Shown here: positions 20,688-29,230 of the stretch, one piece after another
How positions within the stretch are numbered: the stretch's first letter is position 1
How the letters are laid out: the number at the start of each line of letters is the position of its first letter
Assembly (NCBI GenBank): GCA_965242965.1
Contig: OZ251518.1
Location: 2,656,001-2,720,000 of the forward strand
Reading direction: 5' to 3'
Origin: Candidatus Poribacteria bacterium
Lineage (GTDB): Bacteria > Poribacteria > WGA-4E > WGA-3G
DNA length: 64,000 nucleotides
Notes under the pieces: model-generated
The model's database searches: none
Seen by the model: only the letters and a program-made list of their open reading frames with translations
Told to the model about the DNA's origin: nothing
Position numbers and translations under genes: made by a program

Positions 20688-21476
20688 ATGAACAAAAAGG
20701 TTTTAACCTTCACATTACTGCTCGGCGTTTGCTGCGTTTTGGCAACCAGCCTCGCAGCAGCACCGCGCGATACCGTGCAGATCACGTCCGCGCAGGTAAC
20801 CCCCGCGGCTGTCGGCGAACAAATAGTTTTCAACGTGGACATCGTCAGCGAGCAGCCCATCGATGCCTATCAGTTCACGCTGGCGTTCGATCCGACGGCA
20901 CTGCGCTACGTCACAAGCACCAACGGCGATTATCTGACAGACGCGTTCGTGGCACCAACGCAAGTCAAGGCAAATCAGGTGACGTTGGTGGCGGTGTCGC
21001 TGTCAGGCGGCAACACAGGGGAAGGCTCACTTGCCGCTATCACGTTTGAGGTGCTGTCACAGCACGCATCGCCGCTGACGTTGTCCGAGGTGTTGCTACC
21101 GGTGACAACAGGCGGCCTTGCCGAACTGCAGGTGATTCGCAGCACCACGAGTACAGCACTTTCAGATGCCAGGCAGACGGTGCAAGAAACCACCATGTTG
21201 CCGAACTATCCGAACCCGTTCAATCCAGAGACATGGATTCCTTACCACCTCGCAGAGCCGGCCGAGGTGACGCTGCGCATCTATTCGATGCAAGGGGCAC
21301 TCGTGCGGGAATTGGCATTAGGGTATCAGGCAGCGGGTGCCTATCAACACCGTTCTCGCGCCGCGTATTGGGATGGGAAAAACGCGCTCGGTGAGACGGT
21401 GGCAAGCGGTGTCTATTTCTATACGTTCACCGCCGGCGATTTTTCGGCAACCGGCAAGATGGTCATCATGAAATAG
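20688..21476 (+). CDS. secreted cohesin-domain protein with FlgD-Ig/T9SS-like C-terminal domain
   Basis: Signal peptide; YQFTLAFDPTALRYV..G.G.LA.ITFEVL cohesin pattern; NYPNPFNPETWIPY..WDGKN..VASGVYFY. Confidence 0.8.
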   Translation: MNKKVLTFTLLLGVCCVLATSLAAAPRDTVQITSAQVTPAAVGEQIVFNVDIVSEQPIDAYQFTLAFDPTALRYVTSTNGDYLTDAFVAPTQVKANQVTLVAVSLSGGNTGEGSLAAITFEVLSQHASPLTLSEVLLPVTTGGLAELQVIRSTTSTALSDARQTVQETTMLPNYPNPFNPETWIPYHLAEPAEVTLRIYSMQGALVRELALGYQAAGAYQHRSRAAYWDGKNALGETVASGVYFYTFTAGDFSATGKMVIMK

Positions 21477-21597
21477 CCGGTGTCTTCATTATGCACCGGA
21501 CACCCCGGCCATCGCGGGGGACAGGCCCCCGCGCTACGCGAAGGTCGGCAGCTTACGGGGGACAGCCCCCACAGTTTAAAATAAAGGAGAATCTTGA

Positions 21598-24465
21598 ATG
21601 AAAAGCCGAACAAGTCTTTTCTGTTTTTTAACCATTATCCTGTGCCTCGGCATGACAGCAATGAGTTACGGACAAGCGGAGAGCACCGAGAACGGCCAGG
21701 CCGACAAAAGCAGCGGTCCCGTCTGGGATGTGAACCAGGATGGGCAAGTCGATGTCAGCGACCTGGCACTTGTAGCGCGAAGTATTGATACGCCTTCGTC
21801 TGCAAATCCGCGCGCAGATGTCAATGGTGATGGGCAAGTCAATGCCCGCGACCTGGAGCTCCTGGCACAACACCTCGGCGAGTCAACTGACACCGTCTCG
21901 CCACCTGCCAAGGTCACACTACCGCAGCGAATCGCAGGCATGGTGCTCATCCCCGCGGGACAGTTCCAAATGGGCAGCGACGACGCGGAAGCACAAAACG
22001 ACGAACAGCCCGTCCATACCGTTCAGGTAGACGCGTTCTATATGGATGCCTATGAAGTCACCAATGCGCAATTCAAGGCATTTGTCGACGCAAATCCAAA
22101 CTGGCAAAAAGACCGGATTGCGAACCGTTTCCACAACGGCAACTACCTCAAATCGTGGAATGGCAATAACTACCCCTCCGGGACAGCGCATTATCCCGTC
22201 ACGCATGTGAGTTGGTATGCCGCCATGGCGTATGCGGAATGGGCTGGCAAACGGCTGCCTACCGAGGCGGAATGGGAATATGCCGCACGCGGCGGCGTTG
22301 CGGACATGAAATACCCCTGGGGCGATACCATTACCAATCGCGAAGCCAACTACGATAGCAATGCCGGCGGCACAAGAGCGGTTGGACGCTATGCAGCGAA
22401 CGGCTATGGACTCCACGACATGGCAGGCAATGTCTGGGAATGGTGCCTGGACGAATACGGTAACATTTTCACCGAATCGCCGCGCGAGAATCCTATCGTT
22501 GGCGGGCAGACGCTCCAAGAGTTATCTGATAACTTCGCAAGTATCCCGGCTAATAGTCAGCGCGTGTTGCGGGGTGGCAGTTGGCTCAATCCAGCGCGGT
22601 CCTTGCGTGTCTCTGCGCGCTCCAAGTCTACACCGAGGATCACATACGATGACCTCGGTTTTCGTTGCGCGACAGCTGTGACTGACATCGGCGGGTTGAC
22701 TGACATCGGCACCGTCACGCCACCTGTCAGCACCGACGAATCGACGGATACCGGCACCGTCAAGCCACCTACGAGCGTTGACGAGTCGACGGATACTGGC
22801 ACCGTCACGCCACCTACTAAAGGCACACCGCCGCCAGTCGGAGACATGGTGCGCATCCCCGCGGGACAGTTCCAAATGGGCAGCGATGAACAGGCCCGTA
22901 CCGTCCGCGTAAACGAGTTTTACATGGACGCATACGAAGTCACTAACGCGCAATTCAAGGCCTTTGTCGACGCAAATCCAAACTGGCAAAAAGACAAGAT
23001 TGCGAACCGTTTCCACAACGGTGACTATCTCAAGTCGTGGAATGACAATAACTATCCCTCCGGGACAGCGAATCATCCTGTCACGTATGTGAGTTGGCAT
23101 GCCGCCATGGCATATGCGGAATGGGCTGGCAAACGGCTGCCTACTGAGGCAGAATGGGAATATGCCGCACGCGGTGGTGCTGCAAGCATGAACTATCCCT
23201 GGGGCAATAACATTTCCAATCGACAGGCCAACTACCAGAATAATGTCGGCGGCACAACAGCGGTTGGACGTTATGCAGCGAACGGCTATGGGCTCCATGA
23301 CATGGCAGGCAATGTCTGGGAATGGTGCCTGGACGAATACGGGGCAGATGCGCGGGCGATTGGCTTGCGTGTGTTGCGGGGTGGAGGTTGGCTCGCTTCA
23401 GCACCGTATCTGCGTGTCGATGCTCGCACCGGTGCTGTGCCAGCGGGCGCGAGCAGTGACATCGGTTTTCGTTGTGCGAGGGGTGAGACTGACATCAGCA
23501 CCGTCACGCCGCCTATCAGCATCGACGAGCCAATGGATACTGGCACCGTCACGCCGCCTATCAGCGTTGACGAGCCAACTGATACCGGCACCGTCACGCC
23601 GCCTATTAGCGTCGATGAACCGACGGATACTGGCACCGTCACGCCACCTGTCAGCACCGACGAACCGATGGATACCGGCACCGTCACGCCGCCTATCAGC
23701 ACCGACGAACCGACGGATACCGGCACCGTCACGCCACCTGTCAGCGTTGACGAGTCAACGGATACTGACACCGTCACGCCGCCTACCAAAGTCACGCCAC
23801 CGCCATTCGGAGACATGATGCTCATCCCTGCCGGACAATTCCAAATGGGCAGCGATGAACAGGCCCGTACCGTTCAGGTAGACGCGTTCTACATGGACAC
23901 CTACGAGGTCACCAATGCGCAATTCAAGGCATTTGTCGACGCAAATCCAAACTGGCAAAAAGAACGGATTGCGAGGCGTTTCCACAACGGCAACTACCTC
24001 AGGCATTGGAATGGCAATAACTATCCCTCTGGGGCAGCGAATCATCCTGTCACGTATGTGAGTTGGCATGCCGCCATGGCGTATGCGGAATGGGCTGGCA
24101 AACGGCTGCCTACCGAGACAGAATGGGAATATGCCGCACGCGGTGGTGCTGCAGGCATGAACTATCCCTGGGGCGATGCCATTACCAACCGACAGGCCAA
24201 CTACAATAACAATGTCGGCGGCACAACAGCGGTTGGACGTTATGCAGCGAACGGCTATGGGCTCCATGACATGGCAGGCAACGTCTGGGAATGGTGCATG
24301 GACGAATACGGTCCAAGTATCCCTGCTAATGGCCCGCGCGTGTTGCGGGGCGGCGGTTGGCGCAATTCAGCGGAGTCTCTGGGTGTCGCTGTGCGCTCTA
24401 GGGCTGCGCCGGCGATCACATACGATGACCTCGGTTTCCGTTGTGTGAGGGATGTTACGCCGTGA
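21598..24465 (+). CDS. secreted dockerin + three FGE-sulfatase-like (CLec fold) domain protein
   Basis: DVNQDGQVDVSDL/DVNGDGQVNARDL dockerin; 3x F.MG..EVTNAQF..RLPTE.EWEYAARGG..DMAGNVWEW..RVLRGG.W..GFRC. Confidence 0.9.
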   Translation: MKSRTSLFCFLTIILCLGMTAMSYGQAESTENGQADKSSGPVWDVNQDGQVDVSDLALVARSIDTPSSANPRADVNGDGQVNARDLELLAQHLGESTDTVSPPAKVTLPQRIAGMVLIPAGQFQMGSDDAEAQNDEQPVHTVQVDAFYMDAYEVTNAQFKAFVDANPNWQKDRIANRFHNGNYLKSWNGNNYPSGTAHYPVTHVSWYAAMAYAEWAGKRLPTEAEWEYAARGGVADMKYPWGDTITNREANYDSNAGGTRAVGRYAANGYGLHDMAGNVWEWCLDEYGNIFTESPRENPIVGGQTLQELSDNFASIPANSQRVLRGGSWLNPARSLRVSARSKSTPRITYDDLGFRCATAVTDIGGLTDIGTVTPPVSTDESTDTGTVKPPTSVDESTDTGTVTPPTKGTPPPVGDMVRIPAGQFQMGSDEQARTVRVNEFYMDAYEVTNAQFKAFVDANPNWQKDKIANRFHNGDYLKSWNDNNYPSGTANHPVTYVSWHAAMAYAEWAGKRLPTEAEWEYAARGGAASMNYPWGNNISNRQANYQNNVGGTTAVGRYAANGYGLHDMAGNVWEWCLDEYGADARAIGLRVLRGGGWLASAPYLRVDARTGAVPAGASSDIGFRCARGETDISTVTPPISIDEPMDTGTVTPPISVDEPTDTGTVTPPISVDEPTDTGTVTPPVSTDEPMDTGTVTPPISTDEPTDTGTVTPPVSVDESTDTDTVTPPTKVTPPPFGDMMLIPAGQFQMGSDEQARTVQVDAFYMDTYEVTNAQFKAFVDANPNWQKERIARRFHNGNYLRHWNGNNYPSGAANHPVTYVSWHAAMAYAEWAGKRLPTETEWEYAARGGAAGMNYPWGDAITNRQANYNNNVGGTTAVGRYAANGYGLHDMAGNVWEWCMDEYGPSIPANGPRVLRGGGWRNSAESLGVAVRSRAAPAITYDDLGFRCVRDVTP
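23491..23790 (+). repeat. intragenic 45-nt tandem repeat (Pro/Thr/acidic linker)
   Basis: About 7 units encoding DTGTVTPP(I/V)S(V/T)DEPT; about 3 more at 22702-22820. Confidence 0.9.
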
Positions 24466-24747
24466 TTTACCGGTCTGTCACCGTAGGGCCAAAGATCGCG
24501 GGGGAAACCCGCTCGGATGCGCGGATGGCATCCGAGGGCCCACGCGCTACTGTAATCTGTAGTTTGCGATCGCCTGATCGCAAACGGCCGCGCGACTCAG
24601 CACGGCCCGTTTTACCGTAGGGCGAGGGCCTGTCCCTCGCCATCCTTCATGAATCGAGAGATCGCGGGGGACAGGCCCCCGCGCTACGGGCCAGGAAGAA
24701 AAAATGCGCGGGGGACAGACCCCCGCGCTACGATGAAAAAACGTATC

Positions 24748-24921
24748 TTAGGTCCGTAGGACCTTAATGTCTATAGCACGCGCACCCGCCAAGAACGCTA
24801 AGGGCCTTTAGGTCCTTAATAGTTTTTGACGTGCGGCGCGTGTTTTATTAAGGTCCTAAAGGACCTTGACATCGTGCCTCCACGTATTTCTATAGACATG
24901 TAGGTCCTAAAGGACCTAAAG
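24748..24921. repeat. 174-bp nested inverted-repeat element (copy 2) inside REP cluster 24480..24970
   Basis: Same length and IR arms as 3254..3427, divergent spacers. Confidence 0.8.
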
Positions 24922-24982
24922 ACATAACTTGACGATGGACGATCGCGGGGGACAGGCCCCCGCGCTACGGTACTGAGAACGG

Positions 24983-27900
24983 CTATTTTTGCCGTTTCAC
25001 CTCACCGAATGTCGTCAACATCCGATTTGACGCAGAAACAGGACCCGGCAACAACCGCGTCACTAACGTCTCCCGTTTCCCATCAAATGCAACTTCCTCG
25101 ATCTGATAGTAATACTCAATCCCCGGCTTCGCAGACGTATCCGTAAACGTGTAAGTTTGACGTTCACCGGTAGTGCCGGCACCGGCGATGAGCGCAGGAT
25201 TCAAGAGCGTGAAACCACTCGCGCGCTTTTCACTGCGGCGCAAGTTGAAGCCCGCGTTGTCTACCTCCGATTCGGTTGTCCATGTCAAGACGACAGCACC
25301 TGCCTCGGTGCGCGTCATAGCGAAACTGGATAACTCTACCGGTAATGCACCGCCTTCACGATGCCCCGGTGTCCCGATGTCATCAGCATGGCCGTAGTGG
25401 AGAGACTCATCAAACGGCTTGATGCGCGCCGCGAGAACCCAACTCGCACGCTTTCGTCCCGGCAGCGCAACACCTTTATCGTAACGCCGAATGACAGAAC
25501 TCCGCGAACCTTCCTCAAAACTCAACGGTAATGCCCAGGCCGGCGCATCGTCCGAACGCCGATCGCTGTCCCTGTTACCGACTTCGTCGACAAGATTCCC
25601 GTTCCTATCGGAGAGTTGCAGGTAGAACCCCTCGGTACTTAAGAACGTATCCCGCGCACGCTTGATGCGCAGATTCTTATCATGCAGTGCCAACAGATCG
25701 TAAACTCTATCCGCCGGCAGATACGAATCTGACGACGCACGCGCCGGACCCGCCACGATGAGCAACGTTTGATTCGGTTGAATCACTTTTTCGCCGAGCG
25801 TCAACGTGACAATCGGGCGGCCGACTAAATCCTCGGAATCGACATTCTGGATCTCCAACTTCCAGCGGCTGAGATTAATGGCATCCGTTTTGGAATTGTT
25901 ATAGAGTTCGATCCATTGCGGCAGTGTGCCACCGGCGGAATCAAACATGATTTCGCTGAGCGTGACGCTCCCTTTCGGCGTGGCGGCTTCCGTTTTCACG
26001 GCACCATTCGGATAGCCCGGTGTGCCGGAAGTGGCAGGAGACTCCGAGACCTTCCTATCATAACCGATACCGGTGAATGCCGATTCTGCCCAGGCATCCT
26101 TGTGGTATCCCACAATGTCCGCCTTGGCGCGCTGCCAGACTTTGCCTGAGCCGAGTGCATCTTCGGTGTCACCACCGGGTGCCTGCAACACTTGCAAGGG
26201 CCAGACATGTGTATCATAATCGCCTGTCTGTTCACGGACAAATGCATCGGTGTCACTGCCGCCGCCACCGGCGACATCCACGAACGCCTCGTTCAGACCG
26301 AGTTTCTCCGTGGCATTCCGGAGAATCAATAGGAATTTTCCATCGTCCGGTAACGAAAGCCCCGAATTGACAAGATACAAGTGCGGTGAGCCTTTCTTCT
26401 CCACATCAGAAGTTGCTATGTCATCGCCCGCGGCGAGAGGTGTCTTATCCGGCGCGCTGTTCACGATAAGCAAGAGCCCATTTGCCGGCACACTTGCATC
26501 GGGGAAGACGATGAGCGACGTATCTTCCTTCTTGCCATCCTGCACAACGCTGAGTTCCCAGTCCTTTAACGAAACTGCCGAACCCGTGACATTGCGGAGT
26601 TCCAACCAATCATCAGCATCGCCACTGCCATTGCCGAGTTCGTTGAAGACAACGGGACTGCGCGGCACATCAGAGGCGGCAGCCTTCGGTTCTTCCACCT
26701 CGAAAATCGGGTAGACCTGGATAAGTGTATCCACAGCCGGCGGAGAAGACTCCTTTGCGTCAGGAAACGGAGCCTCTGTCTCTTCCTGCCGCGGTAATGC
26801 CTGCACCTGTTCTGTCGGCGCGACCGGCGGCGGTGCCGTCCCTGCTATCTCGTTGCCATCACCATCTCTCACCGATGTCCCCCGCGGCACCGCCACGCCA
26901 CTTGAGTCAAGTTGCACGGACGTTGCAACGTCACCCGCTTGGATAGGATACGCAAACGTCACCGTCGTGGAGCCGGAACGTTCACTGCCCGGTTGCCACG
27001 TCGCGTGCCGCGCATTCGCCACACTCCTTTCCCCAAGATAGAGGACGACATACGGCGGATTGTCACCTTCGTAGTGGACACCTTCTTCATCAAATGTCAC
27101 CGTCACCTCAATTTCATCGCCAACGTTGTAAATCTCATTGGGGGGGTTCGGCACGAAGGCGGGTGGCTCAATGACGACAGGGGGCCGCAAGTCCGCCACC
27201 GTGACGGTCAAGGTATTCGATTCAAAGTTGGGGTTCCCCGCGATGTCCGATGTGGCACCTTCAAGCAAACGAATTTGCACTTCACCGCCATTGAAACTCG
27301 CATCCGGCGTGACGGTGACACGATAAGCCGCTGCGGTGGGAATGGCGAAGCGGAGGTAGTCCCCAGACTTGACATGCACTAATCCGATGAATTCCACCTC
27401 GCCCAGCAAACTTTGCAACGAGTTCCCCGCCGCATCCGTGATAGTGATGTCACCGCTTGAGAACCCCGGCACTTCGTCTGGGAAATTTTCTGTCTGCGTC
27501 ACTTCGTTCGCCTTGCCGCGATTATAGGTCCAAGGGGTGATATTCAGGAAACTGAACACCACGTCAAAAGCCTCCGTCGCGATGCCCGTATCCTCCGCCC
27601 ACCTGTCAATCAGCACTGCCGGCCGCACAGCATCCACCGATTGTTCCCAACCGGCGCGGTAATGCAGGAAATAACCCGAGTGAGCATAAGTGAAATCCTC
27701 CCCAGAAGAAACACTTGTAATCACAGATCGATCTGTATCAAAGGGAAACCGGATTAACGTGCCACCACCAAAATTCCGGTCGCCCGGTTGCACCTCATAC
27801 GCAAAGGTGAGCACTGTCGGCGTTTTATCTTCATCCGTGCCTTCTTTGTTGTCGGCAAGCGGCGCGTAAAACAGAGCTCCATCCCAGTCAAACTCCAATT

Positions 27901-28318
27901 TGATGCTTCTATCTGTCACGCGCACCGGTTCGGTAAATGCCATATCGATCGTGATGATATCGCCGGCTTTATAGAGACCCAAGGTCTGCCGTTCGCGCCG
28001 ATAGCCGGTCGTCACCTCAAAATCATTGGAACCGAGCAGATACGCCAATTCAACGGGATTTTCGAGGGCATAGCAACTCACCAGGTCTAGATAAGTTGCT
28101 CCGCTGTCGCGCCAGGGGACAAAACAATTCTGGTAACTCCACGCATAGAGCGACTCCGCAGTTTGGGATGCGGGTGGCTTACTCGTCACGCGGAACGCGT
28201 CAGCGGTAACTCTAAGTGGTGTCTGCGCGTTCGCCGGGATTCCGAGCATGGCCACGGTGCTGCAAAGCAGCCATAAAATGAAAACGGGGGATAAGGAAAA
28301 AAGAGATTTCCTTTGCAT
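24983..28318 (-). CDS. large secreted protein with Ig-like and two lamin-tail domains
   Basis: Signal peptide; FNELGN..DWLELRN and SEIMFD..QWIELYN lamin-tail motifs; GTPG; LPVELSSF..WTTESEVDNAGFN; AGGAGG RBS. Confidence 0.8.
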   Translation of the reverse strand: MQRKSLFSLSPVFILWLLCSTVAMLGIPANAQTPLRVTADAFRVTSKPPASQTAESLYAWSYQNCFVPWRDSGATYLDLVSCYALENPVELAYLLGSNDFEVTTGYRRERQTLGLYKAGDIITIDMAFTEPVRVTDRSIKLEFDWDGALFYAPLADNKEGTDEDKTPTVLTFAYEVQPGDRNFGGGTLIRFPFDTDRSVITSVSSGEDFTYAHSGYFLHYRAGWEQSVDAVRPAVLIDRWAEDTGIATEAFDVVFSFLNITPWTYNRGKANEVTQTENFPDEVPGFSSGDITITDAAGNSLQSLLGEVEFIGLVHVKSGDYLRFAIPTAAAYRVTVTPDASFNGGEVQIRLLEGATSDIAGNPNFESNTLTVTVADLRPPVVIEPPAFVPNPPNEIYNVGDEIEVTVTFDEEGVHYEGDNPPYVVLYLGERSVANARHATWQPGSERSGSTTVTFAYPIQAGDVATSVQLDSSGVAVPRGTSVRDGDGNEIAGTAPPPVAPTEQVQALPRQEETEAPFPDAKESSPPAVDTLIQVYPIFEVEEPKAAASDVPRSPVVFNELGNGSGDADDWLELRNVTGSAVSLKDWELSVVQDGKKEDTSLIVFPDASVPANGLLLIVNSAPDKTPLAAGDDIATSDVEKKGSPHLYLVNSGLSLPDDGKFLLILRNATEKLGLNEAFVDVAGGGGSDTDAFVREQTGDYDTHVWPLQVLQAPGGDTEDALGSGKVWQRAKADIVGYHKDAWAESAFTGIGYDRKVSESPATSGTPGYPNGAVKTEAATPKGSVTLSEIMFDSAGGTLPQWIELYNNSKTDAINLSRWKLEIQNVDSEDLVGRPIVTLTLGEKVIQPNQTLLIVAGPARASSDSYLPADRVYDLLALHDKNLRIKRARDTFLSTEGFYLQLSDRNGNLVDEVGNRDSDRRSDDAPAWALPLSFEEGSRSSVIRRYDKGVALPGRKRASWVLAARIKPFDESLHYGHADDIGTPGHREGGALPVELSSFAMTRTEAGAVVLTWTTESEVDNAGFNLRRSEKRASGFTLLNPALIAGAGTTGERQTYTFTDTSAKPGIEYYYQIEEVAFDGKRETLVTRLLPGPVSASNRMLTTFGEVKRQK

Positions 28319-28429
28319 TTCATGTTCCTCCTAAAAAAGAAGAGATTGGTTAATTTGGGGTGCCGTCACCTTTCGCGGTGGAAACCCACCCCAAAATTGA
28401 TAATTAAGTTCACCTAACAGAGTGGTGAG

Positions 28430-28879
28430 TCAACAGGCGTTGCGTTTTCGGAGAAAACAAGATAACCGCGGGCGAGCACCCACGGTTATCCTGCCCCTTA
28501 ATACCCCTAGTGGAGAGTGAATTTTCCCCGGAACAACGCTGGTAACTGTTGCATCGGGGGATGCAACGTAAAAAGCCCCATGGCAATAGCGAGCTCGCGA
28601 AGGCGAGCGCGTGCCACGAGGCAAAAGAAAATAGGCGCGTGCAAAGCACGCGGATTTTGGGTTGGGATTCAGATGAGATATCCCCCGAATCGCCTTCCTG
28701 CCGATAACGTCACGGGTTAACGGACATATAGGACGGGGGGGGGTAAATCGAATTATATTCGGTGCGGTGTCATCAACAGGACGCGCAAACGGAGACACGG
28801 CGCGCAGCCGGCGCGGCTGGCGCATCGGATGCAGACACTTCGGCGTATCCGCGGAAATGCAAGCGATTTGGAATGTCAT
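28430..28879 (-). CDS. possible leader ORF within structured 5' region
   Basis: AAAAGGAG RBS 8 nt before ATG, downstream of a consensus promoter; no recognisable domain; contains C9 tract. Confidence 0.3.
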   Translation of the reverse strand: MTFQIACISADTPKCLHPMRQPRRLRAVSPFARPVDDTAPNIIRFTPPRPICPLTRDVIGRKAIRGISHLNPNPKSACFARAYFLLPRGTRSPSRARYCHGAFYVASPDATVTSVVPGKIHSPLGVLRGRITVGARPRLSCFLRKRNAC

Positions 28880-28940
28880 GTCTTGCGCTCCTTTTCGTCA
28901 ATGAGGGTTAATATCGCACCAAATTTGTGTTAATGAATAT

Positions 28941-28969
28941 ATTATACCACATTTTCGCGCGTTTGTCAA
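28941..28969 (-). promoter_or_regulatory. consensus sigma70 promoter
   Basis: TTGACA-17nt-TATAAT with TG extension on minus strand. Confidence 0.75.
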
Positions 28970-29037
28970 ATTAAAATATGATTTTAACAGATTTGCGCGT
29001 TTTTTGCCAAGATTTTTCTGAAAAAAACTTGATTTTA

Positions 29038-29226
29038 CCGTAGCGCGAGGGCCTGTCCCTCGCGTTTTCTCGATTACCGGCGCGTTTTCCCGCTCACCGC
29101 AGCGCGAGGGCCTGTCCCTCGCGAACGTTCATCGTAACACAGGCACGGCGGGGGACAGGCCCCCGCCCTACGGTGAAGACGAGCCTGTTCCGCTCACCGT
29201 AGCGCGAGGGCCTGTCCCTCGCGAAC
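29038..29226. repeat. REP cluster
   Basis: Four G(T/C)AGCGCGAGGGCCTGTCCCTCGCG-type units. Confidence 0.85.
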
Positions 29227-29230
29227 GTCC

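Noticed and set aside
21598-24465. Complete DGR or active formylglycine-generating enzyme
   Set aside because: No reverse transcriptase or template repeat in the window; catalytic cysteines missing
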